DNA of 64,000 bases from a virus (Duplodnaviria; Heunggongvirae; Uroviricota; Caudoviricetes). The notes below the pieces were generated by a model. That model saw only the letters and a list, made by a program, of their open reading frames with translations, was not told the origin of the DNA and did not search any database. Made by a program: the position numbers and the translations under genes. The stretch covers positions 56,566 to 120,565 of the IMG/VR virus record IMGVR_UViG_3300043788_000176; one strand, given 5' to 3'. The first letter of the stretch is position 1; each line of letters starts with the position of its first letter. Positions 46,896-56,002 of this stretch are shown here, in pieces.

Positions 46896-47185
46896 TGCGA
46901 AACTTATTGCTCGCGGCGACCGCAATCGCCGCGCTCGCTGTCGCTGCCCCAACCTATGCTCTGTCCCCTTGTCTCGCCGGTCTAGGCGCCGGCGCGGTCG
47001 CGGGTCATTACGGGCATCACACCTTTATTGGGGCAATTGGCGGCTGCATGACGGCCAAAGTGCTGGTTTCCGACTGGAAGCGATATAAGGCTGCCCACCC
47101 CAATGCTTCCGTCAGCGAGTTTCTCGATGAAAAGAAACAAGAGATGGAAGGTTTGCTGAACGCCGAGAACGGAGGCAACCAGTGA
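46896..47185 (+). CDS. secreted small protein
   Basis: Signal peptide MRNLLLAATAIAALAVAAPTYA. Confidence 0.35.
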
Positions 47186-47439
47186 AGAAGCTTCTTATGG
47201 CTGCCAGCCTAGCTGGAGTTGTGCTGGCTGGTGCTGCACCGGCCGCCTCAGCTGGCTGCTACGACTGGGGTGCGCGCCACTGGTACTCAAGCGGCTGGTG
47301 GTGGGGTCACGCGTGCATGCATGACGTGTATCACGCTTACGGACCGCCGCGCTCAAATTACTACAGTGGTCGGCCGCCCACGGTGGTGCACGTCTACCAC
47401 GCGCCGAGCGGTTCGGTGGTTGTTCACCACCATTACTAA
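47182..47439 (+). CDS. secreted Trp/His-rich small protein
   Basis: Signal peptide MKKLLMAASLAGVVLAGAAPAASA, then WYSSGWWWGHACMHDVYHAY...VVVHHHY. Confidence 0.35.
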   Translation: MKKLLMAASLAGVVLAGAAPAASAGCYDWGARHWYSSGWWWGHACMHDVYHAYGPPRSNYYSGRPPTVVHVYHAPSGSVVVHHHY

Positions 47440-47562
47440 GCGGCTGGGGCTTGGGAAACCAGGCCCCGTCTTTAACAGGGTTGTCGCCATTGCGACTATA
47501 GTTCTCACCTGTCTTTGGGCCGTCGCGCACTGGCACGCCTTCTACTAGAAGGGAAACTTGTT

Positions 47563-48033
47563 ATGCATCTCACACGCATGGGCTTTAACGCCTTAGTCAT
47601 CGTCTGGCTGGCGCCTCTTGTTATGCTGGACTTTGTCGGCAACACGATTTCAACTGGGTTCTGGTCGGACGTGTTTTTCTACAAGATGCTCGCTGATGGG
47701 CTCTTGGTCGGATACGCATTCTGGGAATGCAGCCATGGTCAGACGACGAGTCTAGCGAATGCTAAGGCGCGTGTGGCCGACAGACACGATGATGTTGTCA
47801 GCTTCGAGAACATCGGCGCGATCGAGTATGTTTACTGCGTCGTGCTCTGTGTTTATGCGATCGCGAACTTTGTCGTTCTGCACGGCATGAACAAAGAGTC
47901 GACGGGTCTGGAGTCAATCGCGACGCTGGCGTGGTCCTTCGTCTCGCTTGCGGTGGCAATCCTCGCGGCGGTGCAGTTCTGGCACTTGAAGAGCGGTAAG
48001 ATTGTCGAGTTGACGCACAAAGTCGTCAACTGA
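47563..48033 (+). CDS. integral membrane protein
   Basis: About 4 hydrophobic helices (FNALVIVWLAPLVML, VYCVVLCVYAIANFVVL, LAWSFVSLAVAILAAV). Confidence 0.35.
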   Translation: MHLTRMGFNALVIVWLAPLVMLDFVGNTISTGFWSDVFFYKMLADGLLVGYAFWECSHGQTTSLANAKARVADRHDDVVSFENIGAIEYVYCVVLCVYAIANFVVLHGMNKESTGLESIATLAWSFVSLAVAILAAVQFWHLKSGKIVELTHKVVN

Positions 48034-48045
48034 GGGGGTTCGGTC

Positions 48046-48333
48046 ATGGGGTGGTTGTCGGGATGGGTCGGTCGCCGACATTGGTCGGCCTACATGATCC
48101 TGATCGGCCTGATAGGGTTCGGAGTTGCAACGCACCCTTCCCTCTTCGGCTCTTTGCTGATTCTGCTTTTGGCAGCGTGGCTGTTCTTTATGCGCGAGGT
48201 GGCGCACGCCGAAGGCGCGGCAGCGGTCAACGACCAACGCCCAGCGATTGACCGCCGCGCGCTGATTGCGGCGGCGGTCATCACTATCGTAACGATCGTT
48301 GCCATGTCAAAGATCAACTGGCTGGCCATTTAA
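48046..48333 (+). CDS. integral membrane protein
   Basis: Helices YMILIGLIGFGVA and LFGSLLILLLAAWLFF, plus a C-terminal helix. Confidence 0.35.
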   Translation: MGWLSGWVGRRHWSAYMILIGLIGFGVATHPSLFGSLLILLLAAWLFFMREVAHAEGAAAVNDQRPAIDRRALIAAAVITIVTIVAMSKINWLAI

Positions 48334-48460
48334 TCCAAGCGCGAGCGCGACATGACCGGTCTGTGGCTGCTCGGTTTGTTGGCAATCTACATTCTGGTTG
48401 TTGCCGGTCTTCGTGAGAGCAAGAAGATAACGGACAATCCAGAGAGAAAGGGGAACGACG

Positions 48461-49843
48461 ATGTTTGAAACACTCGGCCTAGCTTTTGCTATCGCTATCG
48501 GGGTGGTCATCTTTGGGATAGCGTCTTCGAGATTCCGAATAGTTGTGCCGACCAACGATGTCCATGTGGTTCAGCACGCCAGCAAGACGACCACATACGG
48601 CAAGGACCAGCCAGGCGGGAATGTTTACTATCACTGGCCCGCATGGATTCCTCACATCGGCGTTAGGGTAACTTCGTTGCCATCGTCGGTGTTCCCGTTG
48701 AAGCTGGGAGATTACCCAGCTTACGACAAAGGGCGCGTGCCGTTCATTCTCGATGTGATCGGGTTCTTTCGGCTGATTGACTTTGGCGAAGCCTCGTCTC
48801 GGGTCAGCGACATGAGAAACCTTCAAGATCAGGTGGACGGCATTTTGAAGGGCGCAATGCGATCAATCTTGGCCTCGTCCGAGATCGAGGAGATTCTGGA
48901 GGGGCGCAGTCAGTTTGGCGAGAGGTTCACGACCGCAGTGGACCAACAGTTGACTCAGTGGGGCGTCACCAGTGTCAAGGCCATCGAGTTGATGGACATC
49001 AGGGACGCAGAGGGCAGTAAGGTCATTGCTAACATCATGGCCAAGAAAAAATCGCTGATCGAGCGCGAAAGCCGGATCGCGGTCGCCGAGAACATACGAG
49101 CTGCTCAGGTCGCGGAAATCGAAGCGCAACAGGCCGTTGAGATTCGCGCGCGAGAACAAGAGGAGATGGTTGGCAGGCGGGCCGCAGAGCGTGATCAGGC
49201 AATCGGCATCAGTCAACAGCAGGCCACGCAGGCGGTTCAGGAAGAGGCGGCGAAAACCGCGACGGCGCAAATGGCAGTGACGCGCGTCAATACGGTCCGG
49301 GCGGCCGAGATCGCCAGAGACGCACAACTTATTACCGCAGACCAGCAGAGGCAGATTACGGTTATCAGCGCTGATGCGGCAAAACAGAAACAGGTCATTG
49401 ATGCTGAGGCGTCGAAGCAGAATACGATTCTGGTCGCCGAGGGCTTCTTGGAGCAGCAGAAAAAGACTGCGGAAGCGACACAGTTGGTCGGCGACGCCAA
49501 AGGTGCCGCAGAGACCGCTATTCTGATGGCTCCAGTGAATTCGCAGATCGCGCTGGCGAAAGAGATTGGCGAGAACCAAGGTTACCAGACCTATCTGCTC
49601 ACCCTCAGACAGATCGAGTCTGGTCAGACGGTCGGCGTCGAGGCTGCCAAGGCTCTGGCCGAGGCCGACATCAAGATCGTAAGCACATCTGGCACTCCAA
49701 TGCAGGGCATGAAATCCGCAATGGATCTCGTGACGCCCGCAGGCGCGTCGCAACTCGGGGCGGCACTGGAAACGCTTTCCCAAGTGCCCGCCGTGCGGCA
49801 GGTATTGGCTCGCCTGAATGGTGGGGCAACCACTCAACCCTGA
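48461..49843 (+). CDS. SPFH/band-7 (flotillin/YqiK-like) membrane protein
   Basis: N-terminal TM LGLAFAIAIGVVIFGIA, an SPFH-like core, then a long Ala/Gln/Glu-rich coiled-coil typical of flotillin-like proteins. Confidence 0.55.
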   Translation: MFETLGLAFAIAIGVVIFGIASSRFRIVVPTNDVHVVQHASKTTTYGKDQPGGNVYYHWPAWIPHIGVRVTSLPSSVFPLKLGDYPAYDKGRVPFILDVIGFFRLIDFGEASSRVSDMRNLQDQVDGILKGAMRSILASSEIEEILEGRSQFGERFTTAVDQQLTQWGVTSVKAIELMDIRDAEGSKVIANIMAKKKSLIERESRIAVAENIRAAQVAEIEAQQAVEIRAREQEEMVGRRAAERDQAIGISQQQATQAVQEEAAKTATAQMAVTRVNTVRAAEIARDAQLITADQQRQITVISADAAKQKQVIDAEASKQNTILVAEGFLEQQKKTAEATQLVGDAKGAAETAILMAPVNSQIALAKEIGENQGYQTYLLTLRQIESGQTVGVEAAKALAEADIKIVSTSGTPMQGMKSAMDLVTPAGASQLGAALETLSQVPAVRQVLARLNGGATTQP

Positions 49844-49906
49844 CCCAATGGTATTGAGCTAATCGGTGTGCTAGACTGCGGCTCTCTGTCTAAGGGAGCC
49901 GCCAGT

Positions 49907-50944
49907 ATGGCCAACTCGCACGACCACTCTCATCTGCGCCACATGGCGGTGCAGCAGCACGCCGAGCGGATTCATGAAATCCAGCGCGACCACCGCGCGC
50001 ATGGCGGTCGCGGCGACGAAGCCGCTGATAAAATTCTTGTGACGAAAGGCGTGCATGATCATGAGCGCGCACTGCACAAGGGATCGCCGCTCACTCACTT
50101 AAATCTCCGCGATGGCGGTCACGCCGAGGGTCACTTAGGCAGGCATCGGCTTGATCGGGCCAAACGTGCGCGCGGCGGTCGCGCTGACGGGGGACCAGCG
50201 CCGCCACCAGTTCCGTCAGAATACGCGCAGAATTATGCGGATGCTGCTTCTCCAGGGATCGGCGCTCAGCAGGGCAGCGGCGGGGCACCAACGTCTGGAC
50301 AGATGCCGCCGCAGCACCAGAACCGCGGCGGTCGGACACGGCGAGCGGCTGGCGGCAAGGTTGATTCGATCTACCGCGACCGCAATGGTGGTGAGGGGGC
50401 GTCGAACAGCGGCAAGGGACGTGACGCGTCGGGCGAGAAAGATGCCGCTCGTATGCGTGCCGAACAGAAGCGCGATGTTGACCATTACGCTCGCGATCGG
50501 TTTGCCGATGGTGGCCACACAAAGCGTGGCGGCAAGGCCAGCCACGTCAATGTCATTGTCGCGCCTGGGCAAGGTCCGGCGCGCCCGGTGCCGATCCCGG
50601 TTCCTGCGGCTGGGATTGGCGGCGCGCCACCGCCTCGGCCGCCGATGCCCCCAATGGGGGCGGGTGGGCCGCCAATGGGTGGTCCTCCTCCGGGTGGTAT
50701 GCCGGGAGCGGGAATGCCACCGCGCCCAGGCATGCCCATGCCGATGGCACCTGGCGGGATTCGCCGCAATGGGGGGCGTGCTGGGCGAGCCGATGGCGGC
50801 AGTATCGAGAAAGAAGCTGGCGAGCCGCATCTGCCGTTTAGCGCTGACCCGGAGATGCGTGGCGGCGCGCAGGGTGCGCTCGGTCGTCTCGAAAAGACCA
50901 AAAGCGCTCGCAAGATCGGCTCTGCCGCTGTGGCGGGAGACTAA
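49907..50944 (+). CDS. His/Gly/Pro-rich basic low-complexity protein with KRGG-type repeats
   Basis: Repeats KRARGGRADGG, RRAAGGKVD, TKRGGKASH. Poly-Pro/Gly/Met tract PPMPPMGAGGPPMGGPPPGGMPG. Good TAAGGGAG Shine-Dalgarno before ATG 49907. Confidence 0.4.
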   Translation: MANSHDHSHLRHMAVQQHAERIHEIQRDHRAHGGRGDEAADKILVTKGVHDHERALHKGSPLTHLNLRDGGHAEGHLGRHRLDRAKRARGGRADGGPAPPPVPSEYAQNYADAASPGIGAQQGSGGAPTSGQMPPQHQNRGGRTRRAAGGKVDSIYRDRNGGEGASNSGKGRDASGEKDAARMRAEQKRDVDHYARDRFADGGHTKRGGKASHVNVIVAPGQGPARPVPIPVPAAGIGGAPPPRPPMPPMGAGGPPMGGPPPGGMPGAGMPPRPGMPMPMAPGGIRRNGGRAGRADGGSIEKEAGEPHLPFSADPEMRGGAQGALGRLEKTKSARKIGSAAVAGD

Positions 50945-51237
50945 AAGGAGAGCCCGTCATGCGGGCGTTGGTACTGACGCATGCGGGCGAATTGTCGGCG
51001 ATGGAAAAACGTCGAGACCGCCGCGGTGCCGCTCCTAGTCATCAGCAGTGCGATGGTCTGATCGAGCCGCATATCGAATATGACCGTGAGCAGGGCTGGC
51101 GCATTACCCATCGGTGCAAATGTGGCAATGTCACCCGTAGCGATGGGTGGCACAGCGAACTGACCATGATTGAGCACATCTTCTGGCGAAGACTGCGTGA
51201 AGACACTCCGCTTGACAATGGCGCAATTGATTCGTAA
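50941..51237 (+). CDS. hypothetical protein with CxC motifs
   Basis: 98-aa ORF. HQQCDG...HRCKCGNVTRSDGWH. Confidence 0.3.
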   Translation, partial: LKGEPVMRALVLTHAGELSAMEKRRDRRGAAPSHQQCDGLIEPHIEYDREQGWRITHRCKCGNVTRSDGWHSELTMIEHIFWRRLREDTPLDNGAIDS

Positions 51238-51385
51238 TTAGCATCGGTACTGGCGAACCTCAGCCACGAATGCTGGGAAAGCCGCGCTTCGGTAGCGCAT
51301 AGCGGTTCGACGGACTGATCCCAGAACCGCACGGCGGCATCGCCCTCAGAACGAGGCGCGCGATGGGATTCTCCGCGACCAGTAA

Positions 51386-51904
51386 GTGACGGTAGTGTGC
51401 TTCAGGGATGGGATTCTCTGTGCCGACAGACTTGTCACAGCCAGCTATGGCGGTCGCGTCGGTCACCGCAGTAAAATCTTCCGCACTTCGACCGAGGGCA
51501 ATCACTACGGCTTTTCTGGCCCTATCGGCGCCGCCGCGATATTTACGCGTTGGCTTGCCGAAGGGGGTGCCCTGAAAGACGCTCCCGATCTTGATGAGCA
51601 CCAAGCAATCGAAATTCGATCGGGCAATCGGGTTGCGCTGTCCTCCGGCAAGAAACCCGTCTTTATTGAGGTTGAAGCACCGTTTTACGCCATTGGCTCA
51701 GGCTGGCAATTGGCGCTGGGGGCCATGGAAATGGGGGCGACCGCCGAGCAGGCGGTCGAGGTGGCGATACGCCATGACGAGGGCTGCGGGGGTCAGATTG
51801 ATGTGATCCGGTGCTACGAGCAGGCGATGCAGTTTGCCCCGCAGACGGCAGCGGTGACCTTCCCAAATCGCATTGACCCAATCCACCTCGGAGGGCCGAG
51901 GTGA
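51386..51904 (+). CDS. HslV/proteasome beta-like Ntn threonine peptidase
   Basis: GTG start gives (M)TVVCFRDGILCADRLVT with Thr at position 2. Aligns with HslV [21 protein letters not shown]. Conserved Lys (GHRSKIF vs GNVKKV), GFSGPIGAAAIF vs GFAGGTADAF, and AIGSGWQLALGA vs AIGSGGPYAQAA. Confidence 0.6.
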   Translation: MTVVCFRDGILCADRLVTASYGGRVGHRSKIFRTSTEGNHYGFSGPIGAAAIFTRWLAEGGALKDAPDLDEHQAIEIRSGNRVALSSGKKPVFIEVEAPFYAIGSGWQLALGAMEMGATAEQAVEVAIRHDEGCGGQIDVIRCYEQAMQFAPQTAAVTFPNRIDPIHLGGPR

Positions 51905-52104
51905 TCGGCGGTGGCTATAATCCGTGGTTTGTGGACGAGTTGATTCGGCGAATTGACACTGATCGCCGCGACAAAGCCTCCGATCTCGGGAATGGGATTG
52001 CCCCTGACTTCGGCGCCTATCAGTATGCTTGTGGGGTGATCGAGGGATTGCGGCTTGGTGCCGAGCACGCCGAAGATATTAAAAGAGAGCAGGACCGGCA
52101 ATGA
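51901..52104 (+). CDS. hypothetical small protein
   Basis: 67-aa ORF between the HslV-like and GroES-like genes, with overlaps. Confidence 0.25.
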   Translation: MIGGGYNPWFVDELIRRIDTDRRDKASDLGNGIAPDFGAYQYACGVIEGLRLGAEHAEDIKREQDRQ

Positions 52105-52586
52105 ATACCAGTTTTTTAATGCCTGAACGGGCGTTGGTGACGCCGAGCGGCGTGCGTCCCGCAGAGCATCGGGTGACATTCTCCGAGGAAAACGAAGCCA
52201 AGGAGCAAGCCTATCGGCTATTGGGGGACCTCGATGACATCGAGTTGTTCTTCAACGACGTTCTGATTCTCAAATACATTCGCACCCAATTGAGCGAGAA
52301 TCTGACAGCCTCAGCCGAGACGCAGAAAGAAGACAAGTGGCAAAGCAGCATTGGTTTGGTGCTCAAGGTCGGCCCGACAGCTTTTGTTGATGACGAACAC
52401 ACTAAGTTCCACGGCGCCACTGTGGCTCGTGGTGATTGGGTAATGTTCCGCGACAGCGACGGCTGGAACCGCGGCATTCAGGAACTCTACGGGTTTCATC
52501 GGTTTGCGCATTGCCGAGTTCTGCAAGACGCGCACATTCGGGCGCGGGTCAAATACCCCGGGCGATTTATGGCACTGGAATGGTGA
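52101..52586 (+). CDS. GroES/Cpn10-like fold protein (possible capsid-assembly co-chaperonin)
   Basis: NDVLILKYIRT...IGLVLKVGP...VARGDWVMFRDSDG...DAHIRARV follows the GroES pattern hDrVlvk...G.Vl.vG...vkvGD.V.F...dIlAiv. Confidence 0.4.
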   Translation: MNTSFLMPERALVTPSGVRPAEHRVTFSEENEAKEQAYRLLGDLDDIELFFNDVLILKYIRTQLSENLTASAETQKEDKWQSSIGLVLKVGPTAFVDDEHTKFHGATVARGDWVMFRDSDGWNRGIQELYGFHRFAHCRVLQDAHIRARVKYPGRFMALEW

Positions 52587-52594
52587 TCTAGCCC

Positions 52595-53614
52595 ATGTCT
52601 GAAACTCGGGTCACTGACCCCAATACCGATGTCGATCAGAAAAACCGCGAGATCGAGATCGTCGATGAGCCGATTGACGATCAGAGCGGCATCGTCGAGG
52701 AGATGAAGCGGCAACTGGCCGAACTTGAGGAGCGTGATCGGAAGCGCGAAGATGAGATCAAGGCTGAGCGCCAGCGCGCTAGTGATGCCCAGCGCGCCCG
52801 CGAGGCGGCCGAGGCTCGGGCGCGTGATGCCGATGCCCGTGCTCGGGATGGTGCCGACACCGCTGCCCGTTCGGTCGATGACGCTCAGTTCGAGGCGATC
52901 TCAACGTCGCTGACGGCGGCAACCGACCAGATGAACGGTCTGAAAGGGCAGTACAAGACGGCGTTCACCGAGGGCGATGCCGACAAACTGGCCGAGATTC
53001 AGGCTAATATGGCATTGCTTGGATCGAGGATTACAACACTCGAAGCTGGCAAGCGAGCACTGGAGGCGCGCAAGGCAACCCCTGACGCGCAGCGGCGACA
53101 AGAGACTCACTCCGAGCCGAGCGAATCCGAACGCCAGGAAACCTTTATCCGTGGGCAACCTCCGCGCGTCCAAGACTGGCTGCGCGCCAATCGCGAGCGC
53201 TATTTCAATGACGCCGATTTCCAGCAGCAGGTCGCCGCTGCCGCTGGGTACGCACAGCGCATCAAGCGCCTAGACCCCGGCAGTCAGGAATATATTGACT
53301 ATGTTGATTACGAACTTGGTTTGCGTCAGCGGCCAGAGCCGGTTGCGGCGCAAACCAATGAGCGGACCAATCAGCCAGCAGGACGCAATCCCGAGGATCG
53401 CGACAACCGCAATGACCGGCGCATGGTGACCGCTCCAGCAGGGGGGAGTGTCCCGAACACCGCGCAGGCGAGCGGCGGCACCGAGCAGGTCTACCTGACC
53501 CGCGAGGAAAAGGAGCAGGCCCGCCGCGACGGAATCACCGAGGCGGAATGGGCCAAGGCCAAGCTCGAACTGATCCGCGAGGGCCAGTTGGGGCCAAACC
53601 GGAGAAACCGATGA
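52595..53614 (+). CDS. putative scaffolding protein
   Basis: Highly charged coiled-coil protein (ELEERDRKREDEIKAERQRASDAQRAREAAEARARDADARA) positioned upstream of the capsid gene and after the portal. Confidence 0.45.
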   Translation: MSETRVTDPNTDVDQKNREIEIVDEPIDDQSGIVEEMKRQLAELEERDRKREDEIKAERQRASDAQRAREAAEARARDADARARDGADTAARSVDDAQFEAISTSLTAATDQMNGLKGQYKTAFTEGDADKLAEIQANMALLGSRITTLEAGKRALEARKATPDAQRRQETHSEPSESERQETFIRGQPPRVQDWLRANRERYFNDADFQQQVAAAAGYAQRIKRLDPGSQEYIDYVDYELGLRQRPEPVAAQTNERTNQPAGRNPEDRDNRNDRRMVTAPAGGSVPNTAQASGGTEQVYLTREEKEQARRDGITEAEWAKAKLELIREGQLGPNRRNR

Positions 53615-53883
53615 ACTCCGACAGAGTCGAAACCGCAGTGCTATGCGAAGCCGACAAATGCACCCGCACGATTACATTCCATGTGCGGGAGGGGTTCGGT
53701 GATGGTACCGATGGTAATGGGCTCGCCATTCCCGATCCTGAGTGGGAGCGGAAAGCGGCGGCGCGGATTTTCGAACAAGCAATCGACGTAGTCATTGGCA
53801 AACAGCCATCGTCAGGGTTAATCGAAAAGTGGGTTAGGCTGAAAAACTTCCGGCCGTGGTGGAAAGGGCATCAAGATGAATGA
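53611..53883 (+). CDS. hypothetical small protein
   Basis: ATGA overlap with the scaffold stop. MNSDRVETAVLCEADKCTRTITFH. Confidence 0.3.
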   Translation: MNSDRVETAVLCEADKCTRTITFHVREGFGDGTDGNGLAIPDPEWERKAAARIFEQAIDVVIGKQPSSGLIEKWVRLKNFRPWWKGHQDE

Positions 53884-54418
53884 CGCAGGCTACCAATCTG
53901 AGGCGCGGGCTACCGATCGCGCTCTCCGCCCTTCGCCGCGCGACAGCAATCCGCGTCTTGCCAGCACCCCGACCGATGGTCCACGCTTGCAGCGCCGCCG
54001 GCATCAAGTCAACATCATGGAGTCGCCCAAGCCTCCGCCCGGCTTCACCTATGAGTGGAAGGCCGAAAAAATTTACGGGGAGCCGCAGAACGAGCATATC
54101 ATCGACATCCGCGAGAACCATTGGAAGCAGGTGCCGGCCTCGCGCCACCCGGAATACGCCATGGGCAGCGACACCGTAATTCGCCGCAAGGACACTGTAC
54201 TTTATGAGCGCCCGACCTATCTGGTCGATGAGGCCCGCATGGAGCAGATCGAGGATGCGATGAAGCCGGTGCTGCACCAAGAGCAGATCATGTATGGGGG
54301 TGCTCCGGATCAATTGACCCGCGATCACCCTTCGGTGCGGCGCATCTCAAAAATCAATCAGCAATACGCGCCGGGAGCCCCCATATCAGATGACGGCCCC
54401 CTATCATCGGAGCCATGA
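53876..54418 (+). CDS. hypothetical protein
   Basis: 180-aa ORF in the structural operon. Confidence 0.3.
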   Translation: MNDAGYQSEARATDRALRPSPRDSNPRLASTPTDGPRLQRRRHQVNIMESPKPPPGFTYEWKAEKIYGEPQNEHIIDIRENHWKQVPASRHPEYAMGSDTVIRRKDTVLYERPTYLVDEARMEQIEDAMKPVLHQEQIMYGGAPDQLTRDHPSVRRISKINQQYAPGAPISDDGPLSSEP

Positions 54419-54546
54419 GTGACCATGCGCTAGACGGCGAGTGCGCTTGCCCAATAGGGCTAAATAACCCCGTCCGGCGGCAGGAGAAAACGTTACGTCG
54501 TCCCCGTTCTCCGTGGCCGCCAATTTCTCTCAGAGTGAGAATTTGA

Positions 54547-55200
54547 TTGGAAGACGAACAGGCAGAACCTCATGGTTCTGAGCCAAGGCAATTTCAAGAT
54601 CCGCTGCATATCGCGCCCGCGAGCAAAGCGCCAGACACATCATATCAGTGGTTCCGCGCGACTGCGGAGCGGGATTGGCCATGGCGCGATCCAGCAGAGC
54701 ATGGCTGGGTTGCCGTTGCCCGCGACGCAATGGGCGACGAGCCATCTGACAGTAATGAATTTATCCAGCGCCAAGAGGTTCGCCTTTACTGCCGACCGCA
54801 GAGTCTAACAGATGCGGCCATCACCAGAGAATTAGCGACGGCAACAGCACATTGGCAAGATGTCGAGAGCCGTCGGCGAGGGCAAGGCCCGTTTGCACAA
54901 GTTCAGTCCTACGCGCCGTCTGCGCAACACGGTGACCCTTTATCTCCACGACCTCCGCGACATTGGCGGGGAAGCCACCGACGCGGTCGGATCATCATGG
55001 TGCACGCAGAAAACCTCCATTGCCGTCTGCAATGGCTGGGGCGGTTTATTGAGCGACACCGACTGGTCTTCGCGCGCTGCCGCGTCATTTTTCTATCTCG
55101 CGATGAAGCGCAGCAGGCTGATCGCGATGGCATTCCTCATGCGCTGTGGGCGTGGTGCAAGCGAGACTTGGCGCGCGAGCACGCATTCAAAGAGCCTTGA
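54547..55200 (+). CDS. hypothetical protein (weak)
   Basis: 217-aa ORF with unusual Arg/His/Trp composition. Could be non-coding. Confidence 0.2.
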   Translation: MEDEQAEPHGSEPRQFQDPLHIAPASKAPDTSYQWFRATAERDWPWRDPAEHGWVAVARDAMGDEPSDSNEFIQRQEVRLYCRPQSLTDAAITRELATATAHWQDVESRRRGQGPFAQVQSYAPSAQHGDPLSPRPPRHWRGSHRRGRIIMVHAENLHCRLQWLGRFIERHRLVFARCRVIFLSRDEAQQADRDGIPHALWAWCKRDLAREHAFKEP

Positions 55201-55378
55201 CGCACTGCCCGTAGTTACTTTATAGAGTCACAATTAACGGACTTGCGGGAAGTCCGAGAGATGATCCTCCAGCGCGACGGGCGCTGCTGACGGGATTGAG
55301 AGCGCGATCGGCGGGTCGATCGCAAACCCCCGCAAACCCAGATCGGTCGAGGGTTGAGGGCCAAGTCGGGAAGTCCCG

Positions 55379-55999
55379 ATGGCCAATATCTTCGCGCCGA
55401 ACGGGTTTCAGGACTCGGGGCTCCAGATTGGAGCCGCGTGGTCCGCGAACCAGACGCGCTATCAGATCCTCTATTCGAACACCCACACCATTTTCCAGGG
55501 TGACCCAGTCACCCTGCTGTCGTCGGGCTACATCGACACTCTGACTCCGGGGTCGGTCAGTTCGACGGTAATGCCGGTCGGCATCTTCAATGGCTGCTAC
55601 TACATCTCGGCCTCCCAAGGCCGTCTGGTGTGGAGCGCTTGGTATCCAGGTGGCGACCAGTTGACCAACGGGGTTGTCTACGCCTCGATCGTTGACGACC
55701 CCAATGTCACATTTGTCGTCCAGACCGGGTGGAGCGGCGGATCGCCAGTTCCCGCTACCCAGGCCATGGTCGGGATGAATGCGACCTACGCCTACGGCAC
55801 TGGCAACCAGCTAAACGGCCAGTCGGGCGCTTATCTCGATCTCAATACGACCCCGGCGACCACCGCTGCCTTTCCGTTTCGCATCCTGTCGCTGGTCAGT
55901 GACCCGCCAGGCTCAAACGGGTCCGATACGACAACTGCCTACAACAAAGTTCTGGTGATGTGGAACAACGAGTTCTACCGCCAGCTGACGGGAGTGTAA
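55379..55999 (+). CDS. putative capsid-associated (minor/decoration) protein
   Basis: 206-aa Gly/Ser/Thr-rich, beta-rich protein immediately upstream of the capsid gene. Confidence 0.3.
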   Translation: MANIFAPNGFQDSGLQIGAAWSANQTRYQILYSNTHTIFQGDPVTLLSSGYIDTLTPGSVSSTVMPVGIFNGCYYISASQGRLVWSAWYPGGDQLTNGVVYASIVDDPNVTFVVQTGWSGGSPVPATQAMVGMNATYAYGTGNQLNGQSGAYLDLNTTPATTAAFPFRILSLVSDPPGSNGSDTTTAYNKVLVMWNNEFYRQLTGV

Positions 56000-56002
56000 C
56001 CG

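Noticed and set aside
48863-49837. 324-aa minus-strand ORF
   Set aside because: Antisense to the SPFH/flotillin gene, which has clear domain structure. Leu/Arg-rich artefact composition.
50151-51038. Alternative-frame ORFs (50151..51038 +, 50216..50830 -, 50485..50913 -) over the His/Gly/Pro-rich gene
   Set aside because: All overlap the 49907..50944 low-complexity gene. Only the 49907 frame has a good Shine-Dalgarno (TAAGGGAG) and repeat structure shared with two other genes. The others are GC-rich frame echoes.
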